Positions 38,875 through 51,769 of a stretch of 64,000 bases of DNA are shown here, in pieces. The notes beneath the pieces were generated by a model. The model made no database searches and had not been told where the DNA came from. It saw nothing but the letters and a program-made list of their open reading frames with translations. The stretch spans positions 31,808,001-31,872,000 of the forward strand of contig NW_024704742.1 of assembly GCF_018977255.1 (NCBI RefSeq), in the 5' to 3' direction. Numbering within the stretch: the stretch's first letter is position 1; the number at the start of each line of letters is the position of its first letter. Position numbers and translations under genes: made by a program. The stretch is from Callorhinchus milii (Eukaryota).

Positions 38875-39395
38875 GGAGTCTTTAAGTGTAGTGGTTAGCG
38901 ACCTCACAAGTGAGAGGACCTGGGTTCAATTCCCGGCCAGGGCAAAACCTCAGGCACGTTTACTTACTCAACATGCCTCTGTTTGCCTAGCAGTAAGTAG
39001 GAACCAGGTTGTTAGTTGATTTGCAGATCACTTTCCGGGGATAATAATCCCTCAAAAAAAAATTGGGTTACTCAATTGCAATTGGCTGCCACGTTTCATC
39101 CACAAATTACAGTCAATTCACTTTACAGTATATCCTGTGAAGTGCTTTGAGACGTCTTAACAACATGATAATGCGCTATATCAAATACAACAACAACAAC
39201 TCACATTTATATAGCGCCCTCCACGTTGGGTGGCATCTCAGAGCGCTTAATAATGGCAGAGCCCGAGGCTGAGCCAGGGGGAGGGGGAAGGTGATCGTAG
39301 GCGTGGTTGCAGAGGAAGGTCTTCAGGCGCGACCTGAAGATGGGGAAGGAGGGGTAGTTGTTGTTGTATATCAAATACAAGGATTATTATTATTT
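38875..39395 (+). mobile_element. tRNA(Ala)-headed SINE, long variant, tail interrupted by an L2 fragment
   Basis: Head at 38875; tail resumes at 39367 after duplicated tatatcaaatacaa. Confidence 0.88.
39191..39366 (-). mobile_element. L2 3' fragment (second tail type) with 14-bp TSD
   Basis: TSD tatatcaaatacaa at 39177-39190 and 39367-39380. Confidence 0.85.
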
Positions 39396-40039
39396 ATTCA
39401 ATAGCTCCTGAAATCCCACCTCCGCCATAGATTACCCCTTTTGGGCCCTGTGCTTTTCAGGTGAACATCAATAGCATCCCATAAAATGATCTTGAGCATT
39501 CGGTATTACTGATGTAAGATTAACTAGGTTCTAATTCCCCCTTTCATGTTTTCCTCCTTTTTGGAAAGTCCAGATTACATTTGCTATTCTATGTTATATT
39601 TAGCATTTAGCAGACCAAACAGAATTCGTTGGATTTGAGTGATCATTGTGTCTCAAGACTTTAGTTGAGCTTTGGAGTTAAGAGAACAGCTCTTGGAAAA
39701 ATGAAACTGGGACATAGGAGTAGAAATGCAACTGTGAGAGGAAAATACTCGTAGATGTTTTACGTACTTTGCATGGAATGTGGCAACAAAGCATAACCCT
39801 TTCAAATGTTAAAACATACCCAAGACCTGGAACACAATGGCTGAATGACAAGGTCAACAGCAAGATAAAAAAAACACGCAGAATCATGTTTGACACCAAG
39901 ATACAGGGAAACAGGGGCTAATGAGGAGAGAGGTATACAGACCTCATTAGAGGATAGCTGAAATGAATTTTAGGAGAGGTAAGAGGACCGTAAAAAGATC
40001 CATTTCAGATAGCAGCGATAGGGTCCAGCAAATGTTTTG

Positions 40040-40620
40040 CAGCTGGTTATATGGAAGGCAGAATGTGAAAGATCAATTTGATGGGTACTGGGATAAATAG
40101 GATAGGAATATTACAGAGAATGTGGAAATGGCTGAGGTGTTAAAATGAATTCTTCCCACCAGTCTTTACAACTGAAGGTGGCAGACCAACTCCAGACTCA
40201 GTTATTTCAGTTCAGGAATTTATCACATGTGTAGATATCAGTAGAGCATGTGTTAGGAAGAAGCTTAAAAAATTAAATGAACACAAGGCATCCGGCCCAT
40301 ATGGCACATATCTAAGAACTCACAAGGAAATCACAGAGGAAATAGGTGAAGCTCTGGTTAATATTTTTAGGAATTCCATAAATACAGACAGTGTACCTGA
40401 GCCATTGGCTATACAGTGAAAGAAGTCAGGCACAAGCCTGAAAACAATACAACAGTTGGTGTAACAATGATAGTGAGGAAATAGCTTGAACGTATCAAAT
40501 CGGCTGTCAATCTACAGCTAAAGTCCCCACTGATTTAGAACAAACTGGTCATTCCTCACCACTTTACTGGATTTTTCTGAGAAAGTCACAGAATCAGTGA
40601 ATGAGGGTAGATAATTGGAT
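40040..40620 (+). mobile_element. Degraded CR1 ORF2 fragment
   Basis: gaaatggctgaggtgttaaaatgaattcttc...ggcatccggcccatatggcacata (EMAEVL..., PGPDG-like). Confidence 0.7.
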
Positions 40621-41399
40621 ACAATGGACGGTAACATAATCCACAGAGCTGATCAGAATTTGTTTGCTGATCAGAATTGGTCCATACGTGAAAAGAACAG
40701 AACTGAATATGGCCTCATAATTCTGATAGACAATAGCCTAAAGAACAACCTCATTTAGCAACAGGAATCCATGACAAATGGTAGCCTGTTACACCAGCAA
40801 GATCTTATAAGCAGCCCATGATGTGAATAATTGATTTAACTAGCGAATTGTGGGGCCAAAACAGTAGGAGAAAAATATGAGTAATTTTCTCTTTACACAT
40901 GGGTAGCACAACTCAAGATGCAGTGCTTGGATATGCTATCCTGCATGAAGGGTGCTATATGTTTTGGGTGTACATCCTGGAAGCTAGAGGAGCAACTGCC
41001 TGCTTTTTTTCCGTTCACTTGGTAGATCTTTCAAAACATGGAATGCACACACTATTCTTCTGACAAGACATGCACTGGGACAGCTTGATAAAGTTTCACG
41101 CCAACCATTTTGGATATATTATCAACCTTACATCTGTTTCTCCCTCCTGAGAGGAACCTAGAGCATTCGCAAAATTTCCACAAGCACCACAGCCCACTTA
41201 ATACACACACTCGCACACACAATTACTGTATAACAATTACTGTATAATACACATTTCATTCATGCATTTTGCAGATAAAGATGCACCTACACAACAAATG
41301 AATCAGTAAACATGTATATTTATGCACCAAAGAGATTCCACTCATCAGGATAAATTGGAGAATTGAGATCTGGGCTATAGGTGCAGAATGACTCAATTA

Positions 41400-41661
41400 T
41401 AATAATAATAATAATAATCCTTACATTTGATATAGCGCTTTTCACGTCGGGAGGACGTCCCAAAGCGCTTCACAGAACATACTGCAAAGTGAATTGACTG
41501 TATATTTGTGGGCGAACGCGGCAGCCAATTGCGCACAGCAATGTCCCACAAACAGTCGTAGATTGAAAATGACCAATTAATTATTGTTTTTGGTTTTTGA
41601 AGGGATTATTATTAGGCATGTGGAGTAAGGAAACTTGCCCAAGGTTTCGCCCTGCCTGGAA
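41400..41661 (-). mobile_element. Young SINE, short variant, 5'-truncated
   Basis: Near-identical to 16801-17066; ends within the B-box. Confidence 0.9.
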
Positions 41662-41714
41662 CCTGACAGTTAGCCTGTTAGACAATTAGACAGTTAGACA
41701 GTTAGACAATTAGC

Positions 41715-42130
41715 CTGACAAATGAATATTGTGTCCAGCATTGTTGACAAACGAATATTACAGTCAGCTCTGCAGGTAGTGAATATTTCAGCTACAAAAG
41801 CAACAACAATAACGTGCATTTATATAGAGCCCCTCACTCAGGGTAGCATCTCGGAGCACTTAAGAGAGTGCTCAGAGAGGTAGTACTACACACATAAATA
41901 TTTCAGCCAGTACTTCAGACAGATGAATATTGTATACAGATAAGTATTGCTGCTAGTATTGCAAACTAATACCAGTTGGTTTTGCAAACAAAAGAATATT
42001 GCAAACAGATGACTATTGCAGTCAATATTGTAAACAGACACGTATTGCAGACAATATTGCAGCTAGCACAGCAGACTTACAAGTTTTGTGAGTTTTGCAA
42101 CAAGCATTGCAGAAAGATGATTAATGCAGC
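41715..42130. repeat. Degenerate ~29-bp minisatellite-like tract
   Basis: Recurrent aca(a/g)atgaatattgcag...attgc units; interrupted by an L2 tail near 41800-41860. Confidence 0.5.
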
Positions 42131-42526
42131 CATCAATAACTCGAACCATGATTGTGGAACTGGAACAACACAACTTGGCGTGCCTTACACAGGATAGCAT
42201 CTCAGAACACTGCAAATTGGAGGGGTTGGATACTGTGCAAGGGATAGGTGGGGAGAGGGAGGTGACATTAGGCAGGGTCGAAGAGAAAAGTCTTAAGAAG
42301 GGATTTAAAGAGAGATAAAGAGGAGGAAAGGTAGAGGGATGGAGGCAAGAAGTTCCAGAGATAAAGATAATGGAAGATATTAATCAGCCTCAAATAAGTA
42401 AGGATTTTCTTTCCTTCACAAAATTGTGAATAAATTAATAATACCTTTAATTAAAGAGCTAACAGAATACTGTATATACATGATCGAATTAAAATGCACC
42501 TTTAAGGACAAATACAGATAGGGATA

Positions 42527-42721
42527 AATAATAATCCCTCCAAAACCAAAAACAATAATAAAATTGGTCATTTTCAATCTACGACTGTTTGTGGGACATT
42601 GCTGTGCGCAATTGGCTGCCGCGTTTGCCCACAAATATACAGTCAATTCACTTTACAGTGTGTTCTGTGAAGCACTTTGGGACATCCTCCCGACGTGAAA
42701 AGCGCTATATCAAATGCAAGG

Positions 42722-42762
<41 letters not shown>
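42527..42762 (+). mobile_element. Young SINE, short variant, 5'-truncated, long (TTA)n tail
   Basis: Near-identical to 22840-23046. Confidence 0.9.
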
Positions 42763-42763
<1 letters not shown>

Positions 42764-43379
42764 GGAGAGACAGTCAAATGTTTCAACACAGCAGCAGTGG
42801 CAATTTGACCCATTTAAAATCCTTCCTGTTGCACCTTCATTCTTTTGTCATAGAACGTTTGTCATAATTTGCTTTAAGTAAGAAAGAGTGGAATGAGGAA
42901 AAGGCCCTCAGCCCACCAAACCTGCTCCCTTCACAGCCCACATAGAACCTGCCCTGTCAGAGGTTACATCTCACCCTCTCTAACTCCCGGGGCAATGTTC
43001 TGTACTGTGAATCAATCAAGTAACAAGACCACAATATTCTTTCACGCCCACATTTCCACTGCTCCAGCCTGGCTTCTATCCCTCTACAGACCACATTTCC
43101 TCTCAGCTCCAGCAGCACATAAATCGGTTTCCGTGGAGTATCCCATAATATTTTCACATTTATCACTTTGCATCAGAAATTATTGCCAACTTTTCTCTGT
43201 TAGTACAGCTTTATTGCACATATCATTTTACAACTTCAGCCTGACTAAATGCCCTGTAGTTTTATTGCTCGCCAATGTTATTCCTCCATCTTAATAAAGA
43301 AAAAATAGATAAAGAGAAAAGAACCAAACTGAACAGAAAATAGGATCATCTGGCTTTGTTGTTCTGGGGGCAAAGATTG

Positions 43380-43962
43380 TTTCCCCCTACTCGGCCCCTA
43401 TTAACCCTGCAAACCAAAGCTTCAACAGATAGGGTGGTCCTAGGCAAGCAGCAGGAAGTCTGCTAGACAGTGTATGCAATGGCAAACAATTGGTTTTAGC
43501 TGGTTAAACTCAAGCATACTGCAAAGCACTCTGGAGTTTGCAAGCCTTGGCAACCTATACCTAATACTTCACACATTAGATAAGTGTGTTCCTCCAAGGT
43601 GTGAGTGTGTACTTCTTTCCAGACAAAAGGAAATTTCCATTCATACACACAGAGTTGTTGTGATGGGGAATGTGCTGCCAAGTAAGGTGGTAGAGGCAGA
43701 GTCATTGTAGGTTTCTAAAGGGAAGTAGACTGGTACATGAAAGCTAAAGGATTGAAGGTTTTTTTGGATAGGGCAGTGTAATTAGTTGGAAAGCTTGTCC
43801 TGAGATCCAGTGCAACCTTGATGGGCCAAATGGACTTCATCTGTGCTGTAAATCTCTATGATTCTGTAATTTTACATTAAGCTCTCATTAGTTTAGTTTG
43901 AGTACTCTTCAGCATGGCGATGAATTTTCTTGTGTGCCAGATACTTGGCTGACCCCAAAAAA
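43380..43962 (+). repeat. Repeat family X copy split by a CR1 3' fragment (~43600-43870)
   Basis: ctattaaccctgcaaaccaaagc...gggtggtcc at left; agtactcttcagcatggcgatg...ggctgaccccaaaaaa at right. Confidence 0.65.
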
Positions 43963-45060
43963 TGACTTTGCTCTATTGCCTGAGGCTTCCACAATTAACG
44001 GGCAGATTAAGATCAACCTGGCCAGTGGTATTTTAACATTTTGGTGATATTTTAAAACTAATTGCAAAATTGCTAAGGCATTTCAGAAGCAAGAAAATCA
44101 TTATGAAAGGTGCCTCTTTATTGACCGTGACCACTGTTGACTTTAACATCAATTGCATCTCTGGCACCCAGCTCTGCGGAATGCCCACTGCGTGTGCAAT
44201 GTCATTACATTTGGACCGCATATGATCGTAAAACTACCCTAACTCCTGTTTCCTTCTGATGGTAGTAATTCCTGGCCCTTAATGCTTTGAATTTCTCCAT
44301 AACACATGCTTCATTGACCTCTACATATGTTACAGATTCCCAAGCAGACTGCTGGATCTGGAATTTGTCCACATTGTTGTAAAGAATTCATTTAATACAT
44401 TGCCATTTCCTGATTCCACCATAATATTTCTTACCAGCGTATGCTTTAAAGGATCTTTATGGTGTTTGGCATGCTGGGTACATCTTGCATAGGTAAATAT
44501 ATCTATTTTGGCTCCTTGATGTGAGCAATGTTTTGTCTTTTTATTGCCCTCTGACCCCCTTCTCACGTTCATTTTACATTGTGCCTTGTCTTCAGTAGGT
44601 TTTGAATCTTTGCATCATTTCAATGATTTCTTCTTAGTTTTCCTGTTACCTTTGATCTCTATTCAGGCAGTGTGGTCCTGGTCTTGCTATGTTTCTCCTT
44701 TTTCTCATGGGGACATATTGCATTTTTCATATTCTGTAATCCTTAACCCTTTAAGTGCCATGGGTGAGTTTGCTCACTGATATCTCTGGTGATTGTACTG
44801 AGCTCTCTGTTCATAACTCTTAATCTTTGGTTGCATCAGGGACTGAACTGATTCGTTGTTAACTTTGGCTCCAGTGCCACTATAAGATCCATTTCTCAAA
44901 AAACGTTTTGAAAACTATTTGGTCTCGCTTTGCAAAAAGGGTGGTAGGTGGTGGAAGAAAGAGGAAGCTTTCTTCAATAGCTTGCTGGGTAGAAGCACCA
45001 CTCGCTATAGCAGTTGTCATCAAAAGAAAAACGCTACACATCTGAGCTGAGTTTGCTGAT

Positions 45061-45238
45061 AATAATAATTAATAAGCCTTGCATTTGATATAGAGCTTAT
45101 CACGTCTTTGAGATGTCTTAAAGAATATACTGTGAAGTGAATTGACTGCATATTTGTGGGAGAAACGCGGCAGCCAATTGCGCACAGCAGTGTCCCACAA
45201 ACAGTCGTGGATTGAAGTGACCAATTTATTATTATTAT
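45061..45238 (-). mobile_element. tRNA(Ala)-family SINE, 3' half
   Basis: Reverse-complement tail and 3' Deu segment. Confidence 0.8.
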
Positions 45239-45379
45239 GATGGTTTGGAGCACTCCAATTGGATTGAGTACCCTTCAGCTGAGGAAAACAAATGTAAACG
45301 TTGCCAGAAGGTGTGGGTCTGTGGCTGATGGGTATGTATGGAATTATGCTTGATTGTGATTGTAATTTCCTTCTCAGGC

Positions 45380-45833
45380 TGGTCAACAGTACTCCAGGGC
45401 ACTGCTGATTGACAGCCCAACCAGCCTGGCTCATCGGCAAGATTTGGAGGGGTGGAAAGGTCAATGGGGCAGCGATTCTTTCCACTCAGCTCTTGTTAAT
45501 TCCAAGGCCCTAATAGGTGGGATTTTCTTAGGTGGACAAACAGCAGGAAATTTGCCAGACAGTGCACTCTATGGCAAGTTTTCAGCTGATTAAACTCCAT
45601 CGGTACCCCAACACACACTCTACGGTCCCTAATCCTTGGCTCTCACCAACCTGTGCCTTATAGTCCCCGGATTAAGGAAAGCGTTCCTTTTTGCAAGAGA
45701 TTGCACACTCCAGATTCAGAGAAGTTTCCATGTGCAGGTGGCACACATGTGTGGAACTCTCAGTCTGGTTTAGCTACTCTTAAGCACGGCGATGGGTTTC
45801 TACATGGGCCGCACACATGGCTGACAAAAAAAA
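45380..45833 (+). repeat. Repeat family X copy with A8 tail
   Basis: actccagggcactgctgat...ccagcctggctc...ctcttaagcacggcgatgggtttc...ggctgacaaaaaaaa. Confidence 0.72.
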
Positions 45834-45849
45834 TCCAACAATTTGAATT

Positions 45850-47472
45850 CTGAACAACACCTTCAACTCCAACCACTCCCTCCAAGTAAAAGGTGTCGCT
45901 ATGGGAATCCGCATGGGTCCCAGCTACACCTGCCTGTTTGTTGGTTAACTGGAACATTCTTTGTTCCGGGCCTACTCAGATCCGCTCCCTGATCTGTTCC
46001 TCAGATACATTGACAACTGTATTGGGGCTGCTTCCTGCTTTCGCAGTGAGCTGAAAAAATTCACCAATTTTGCTTCCACCTTCCAACCCTCCATAACATT
46101 CACATGGTTTATCTCCGACTCTTCCCTTCCCTTCCTTGACTTTACCATTTCCATCTTGGGGCATAGATTATCAACAGATATCTTTTATAAGCACACCAAC
46201 ACCCACAATTACCTGGACTACACTTCCTCCCCCCCCACCTCTTGTAAAAACTCCATTCCCTGTTCCCAGTTCCTCTGCCTCCACCGCATTTGTTCTGACG
46301 ATGCCAACTTTCACACCAGAGCAGCTGAAATGTCTTCCTTTTTCCTCGACTGAGGATTCCCATCCACTGTAGTAGGCAGAGCCCTATTTCCTGCACCTCT
46401 GCTCTCACCCCTTCCCCCTCTTCCCAAAACTGTGATAGTTCCCCCTATTCGTCACCTTCCACCCCACCAACCTCAACATCCAACAAATAATTCTCTGCCA
46501 TTTCCAGCACCTCCAGTGTGATCCAACCACTAAACATATCTTTTCCTCCCCTTCCCCCTCAGCATTCTGAAGGGACAGTTCCCTCTGTGACTCCCTGGTT
46601 CATTCCTCCATCACCAGCAACAATTGCTCTCCTCCACCTGGCACCTTCCCATGCCAAGTGCAGGAGATGCAATACCTGCCCTTTCACCTCCTCCCATACC
46701 ACTGTCCAGGGCCCCAAACACAGTGTTCAAGTGAGACAGAGATTTACGTGCATTACCACCAATGTAGTTTACTGCATTCGCTGCTCACGATGTGGTCTCC
46801 TCTACATTGGGGAGACGAAATGCAGATTGGGTGACCAATTTGCCGAACACCTCTGTTCTGTCCACAAGCACAACCCTGAGCTTCCGGTTTCTTGCCACTT
46901 CAACTCTTCCTTCCACTCGCACTCTGACCTCTCCATCTATAGTCTCGCCACAGTGCAATTTCAAGGAACAGCACCTCATCTATCTGCTAGGACCTTGCAG
47001 CCCTCTGGCCTCAATATTGATTTCAACAATTTCAGATCATAACATCTCACTTTCCCCCACCCCCTCTTCTGTGACCATACCACATCATCTGGGTCCCAGA
47101 TACATCTTTTCTCTCTCTGGTCACCTATTTTGTTGCAATTTTCCACCCCCTTGGTTTTGCATTATTAACACCTCTACTCCCCTGTTATGTTGCAATCCCC
47201 CCCTTTGTTTGCATCATTAATACCTCTTTAACCCATCATCCCCTGTTCTGTACGCCATTTCCTCCTTTGTCTTCCATGTCCTGCCTCCCTCTCTCTGTTA
47301 GCCCTTAACAGCCTCTCCCTCCCAACATTCCCCAGTTCTGACAAAGCGTTATGGACCCGAAATGTTGACTCACTATCCTTTCTCCATAGATGCTGCCTGA
47401 CCTGCTGAGTGTTCCTAGCAACTCCTGTTTTTGTTTCAGATTTCCAGCATCTGCAGGAATTTGGCATTTTGT
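45850..47472 (+). mobile_element. Penelope-like retroelement, 5'-truncated, disrupted RT plus GIY-YIG endonuclease
   Basis: KGVAMGIRMGPSY, LFLRYIDNCIGA, SLPFLDF, DIFYKHTNTHNYLDYTS; GIY-YIG NVVYCIRCSRCGLLYIGETK...FAEH; tail gatgctgcctgacctgctgagt...tcagatttccagcatctgcag. Confidence 0.93.
47334..47370 (+). ncRNA. Decayed minimal type I hammerhead ribozyme motif in the Penelope 3' repeat
   Basis: AGTT-CTGACAA-(stem II agcgtt/gaccc, imperfect)-GAAA-TG-TT-GACT; core mismatches fit CpG decay of CTGACGA and GAAACG. Confidence 0.6.
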
Positions 47473-47499
47473 CCAACAACAATTACTGGTTAATGATCA

Positions 47500-47660
47500 G
47501 GAACTAGATTCCTGGACATAATCCCAATCCTCATAAACCATTGACACAATGGAAATTGTAACTCACACTATCAAGCTAGTTGATTTGAGATAACTCAGCA
47601 CTGACTGGTTGAGACCTTGCTGGTGGTTTAAAACTCAACACCAAAGTGCTCACATTTGAG
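47500..47660 (-). mobile_element. Highly diverged AmnSINE2-like remnant
   Basis: gatcaggaac...tcctgg and gagataactcagcac resemble, from memory, the reverse complement of the AmnSINE2 consensus. Confidence 0.35.
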
Positions 47661-48584
47661 CCACATCCAGTTCTGACAAAGGGTTATGTGCAACTCTCCT
47701 TTGTAGAAACCTAGTGGTTGCAGACCTAAGGTAACTCAGTTGGCAACTTTAAACCACTTATCAACTAATCCAAACTTGCTGCAAGAGTTTGGTTAGTAAC
47801 ATTACAATACAGCAACCCAATTCAGATAGGTGGTAATCATAACCACAAGCTGTTTGTGAATGTGGAGGAAGGATGGCTCTACCTACTCCATCATGCGCAA
47901 GCAAGCTTTCAGCCATTCTGCTGCTGTTCTCTGAAATCCCATCCCAAATCTCTCCGGCTCACTCCCTCCCCACTTTCAAAGGCCACTCCGAGATGTGCCT
48001 CTTTTTGGTCATCTTTCTCCCTCCCCACCATCTTTGGCTCCCACCCTTCAGTTTGGGTGCCCAGCCAGCAGTGTCAAAAGCTTTGAGATGCCCTCGCAAT
48101 GTGAAAGTCACTGTGTAAGTGTATTGTGTATTGAATTGTTTGCTGTTTGGGTCTGATGTGTCCAGGAATGGGTGTGAGGCTGTGCAATAATGTCACTGCA
48201 TGCTCGCATGCTGGAGCAAATCTCTGAATACCTGCACCGGCTCACACATCTCACACACGCAGAGCTGAGCACCAGGAACTAGCATTTTAAAGACAATTAG
48301 CTAAATACTTAAGGAAAAATAATTTGAAAGGGTACGGCGGGGAGGGGGGAAAGCAGAGAGTGGGTTTCGGGCAGATAGCTAAGCTGGGGGACAAGCATAT
48401 GTTGGGCTGAAATAATCTCTTCCTGTACTTTAAACCTTTGCTGATTTAAACTTATAAGAGATGGAACATCTGTGGGAAGAAGACAATTATCAGCATCTCC
48501 ATTGTTGGGTTGGGCTTGATGCTTCTGACAGCATAAGCTAAGCTGACTTAGCTTTCATTGGTAAAACAACAACAAATGTGTCTG

Positions 48585-48970
48585 TTCAAGTACCACATCA
48601 GGACTTTAAACTCATAGTCGAGGCTGACCCTCCAATAGAGTCTTGCACTACAGCACTACATTGTTAGAGATGCCGTCCTTCAGATGTGATATTAAACTGA
48701 GACCCTCTCTTGCCTCTTCAAGTGGATGTTGAAGATCCTATGGCACTATTTGAAAAGAGAAGGGAATTTCTCCTGATGTGTTGGCCAACAATTCCCAGGA
48801 TAAAATGAGTCATGCACTTAATGGTTATTTCTGGGATATTACTGAGCAGAATTGGTTGCTGTATTGACCTACAAAATACTCAGTCACTACACTTTAACAG
48901 CAAATCCTGTGAAGTACTTTGAAACATCTGCCAGATGTGAAAGATGCTACACCAAATGCAGGGATTATGT
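48585..48970 (+). mobile_element. Old Deu-domain SINE
   Basis: Deu core gaagatcctatggcactatttgaaaagagaagggaatttctcc and tail. Confidence 0.8.
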
Positions 48971-49519
48971 TTTTATTTTTAAAGTTCAAAAGCATGGTTT
49001 GTGATCCTAGTTCTCTTAGCAGTTACAGGATAAGTTCCTCTAATTCTTGTCAGTTTAGATACTGATTTTTCTTAAAAGGAATGATCAAATAAAGGAAACA
49101 TTGCTTGCCACAAAGATCTCCCTACAAAAACTCTTGTCCCAATCTGGCAGCAATTTTGACTTGGCCAGTCATATTTGTGTTAGTCTGAGCAGCAACCTAT
49201 AATAATTATAATGTCTTTGAGACGTCTCAAAGCGCTTCACAGAAAATACTGTAAAATGAATTGACTGTATATTTTGTGGGCAAACAGGCAACCAATTTCG
49301 CACAGAAGTGTCTCACAAATAGCAGTGTGGGACACTGTCCTAGTGTTCACATCGTATAGCGAGTGATCATGTCACATTACAGCTGGAGCATTACTGCACA
49401 ATGACTCAATGGTGCTGATGCTCAGTGACAAACAGGTCTGTGCACCGATCACGAATAATGGCAATCTTTAAGTTATTTATTTATTATATGTTTATGATAG
49501 GAAAATACCCTATACTGTT

Positions 49520-49806
49520 TAGCTCTGACCTGCTCCATGCCCCCACCCTGCTCACCCCACCATCGGTAGTTGGGACTTCAGCTTTTCTGCCCCCACCGAT
49601 TGGAACTCCTTTCCATGATCCCTTCACCTCACCATTTGCTTCCTTCAAGACCTTCCTTTTCGACAGCTCTTTTGGTCACCCTTCTACCCCTACCTTCCCT
49701 GCCCTCCAACTCTCCTGATCCCAACACACAGCTCAGGTGCAAATCCAGTGTCTTGGGATGTCGTCCCAACATGCAAGATGCTATACAAATGTAATTTGTT
49801 GTTGTT
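49520..49806 (+). mobile_element. L2 3' fragment
   Basis: ASFKTFLFD-like end, stem-loop, (TTG)n. Confidence 0.78.
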
Positions 49807-50389
49807 AAAAACACTTTAGAAACACGCAACAAAAAGATGTCTAGTCTTGGTGATCAATTTCCGAATGACTCCGATGTCTTCTAGTTTTGTTCTTACTTTT
49901 AGGCAAACTCACAAGGTGGCTTCACAATGCTGCCATTAATTATCACAGTTTACTACCGGGGGCAGATATGGGACATCAGCTCCGAACAAGCCTGCGTTGT
50001 TCTCCTTTACTATGCAGAGTTCTGTACTATTTTACTGTTAGCAATTGATGAGTGTCAGGGCACATCCTCGCAAGAAAAAGGGAAGGCTGAGAGCGATGAA
50101 CATGTGGAACAAATCATCTCAGCACTCAGGAGGCTAAGTCTGTGCTTTCACATTTTTTCCTTCAAGTATCATATTAGAGGATGCAAAGGGACTCGCATTG
50201 TAACACCCTTTGCCTTTACAAAGCAGGAAAGAATGTGAGGTCAGCTTCACATTGTGGCTATGTGTTTGTTGGCAACAAGTACTGGGAGATTGCTGTTGAA
50301 GAATTGTTAATGAGTTCCATGGCACTAAAGTGCACAGTTCAGAACCACAAGGTTTGCTTCACCTTGCGTTCATGAGGTAAACCAACATT

Positions 50390-50780
50390 ACAAAAACAAC
50401 AACAAAATTACATTTATAGAGCGCCTTTTACGTCGGGAGGACATCCCAAAGTGCTGAACAGTCAGGTGTCGGGGCCCGAGCATGGGGGGGGAGGGGTGGT
50501 GTAGGGATGAGGGAAGGTTGAGAGGTGGGAGGGCGACCAAGGACACGATCGAAGAGAAGGGTCTTGAGACCGGCCTTGAAGGAGGCAAGGGAGGGAGTGA
50601 GGCGAAGGGACCATGGGATGGAGTTCCAGAGTGTGGGGACAGAGAGGTTGAAAGCCCGGCCACCGATGGTAGGGCTGGTCGGGTGGGAGACATGGGGCAG
50701 GCCAGAGCCCGATGAACAGAGGGAGCGGGCAGACTGGTAGGGAGTCAGCAGGTCAGAGAGATAGGAGAGGGCAAGGCCAC
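50390..50780 (-). mobile_element. L2 3' fragment, same lineage as 29602-31624
   Basis: Translation LSYLSDLLTPYQSARSLCSSGSGL...TIGGRAF...LWNSIP...[12 protein letters not shown]. Confidence 0.9.
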
Positions 50781-50852
50781 AAAGAAAGAAGGAACTTCCA
50801 TTTTTACAGCACTTTACTTTGAACTGTCTCAAAATGTTTTATAGCAATTACA

Positions 50853-51240
50853 GGTGTCAGCTTGGCTCAGTTGGTCACCCTCTCACCCTCTTGAGTCAAA
50901 CGTTTTAGTCCTCAAATCAGGATTTTGAGCTCATAATGTAGGCTGACACTCCAATGCAGTGCTGGGTAAGTGATGAATTTTATCGGAGGTGCCATCCTTT
51001 GAATGAGACTTTAAACCAAGGTTCCATATACCTGTTCAGGTAGTTCCAAAAAAAAAGAATCCTATGGCATTAAGTGAAAAGGCAAGGGAGTTACTTCTGG
51101 TTTCCTGGCTAACAATGCTCCAAATAAAAAAAACTGGTCACTCACTTAATGGCTGTTTGTGAGATAATGACTGCATTGTTGTCTACAAATACACAGCGAC
51201 TATACTTAACAGAAAAATTCTGTGAAGCACTTTGAGACTG
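50853..51240 (+). mobile_element. Old Deu-domain SINE, near full length
   Basis: ggtgtcagcttggctcagttgg head; Deu core; tail. Confidence 0.78.
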
Positions 51241-51444
51241 TTCGAGCTCCATCTAAAATACGGTATGTAAAAACCTTACGCACTGAGCCACTGTGTGGCT
51301 CTCTTTGAATGTTAAACATCTGCCATTTAAGGATCCCGATTCTAACAACAACTTGCAACTTGCCTTCATGTAAAAGCATGTCTCAAATGCATTTTCAGAG
51401 GGTTGGAATCATAAGATGACAGAGGTATGGATGAATATAATAGA

Positions 51445-51720
51445 ATTACAATACAATTTACATTTATATTGCGCCTTTCATGTAAGGAAGATGTCTGAAA
51501 GCCCTTGTCACTGCTGACTGATCATCTGAGTTGGGGTTGGGAGCCGAGGGAGTGGGGAAGAGAAAGATGCCTGAAAATACGGTCAAAGAGGTAGGTCTTG
51601 AAATGGAGCTTGAATGAGGGGAGTGAGGAAGCAAGTTGGAGGGACTCTGGAATGGAGTTCCAGAGAGCGTGGGCAGAATGGTTGAAGGCCCAGTCACTGA
51701 TAGTGGGGCTAATAAGGTGG
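51445..51720 (-). mobile_element. L2 3' fragment
   Basis: Tail and ORF-end complement. Confidence 0.72.
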
Positions 51721-51769
51721 AGTACATAAAGCAGACCGCTATTACCTGAGAGATGAAATAAGATCCTTC

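Noticed and set aside
49927..50238. 103-aa ATG-initiated ORF
   Set aside because: No recognisable homology or convincing splice-site pair; length is compatible with chance
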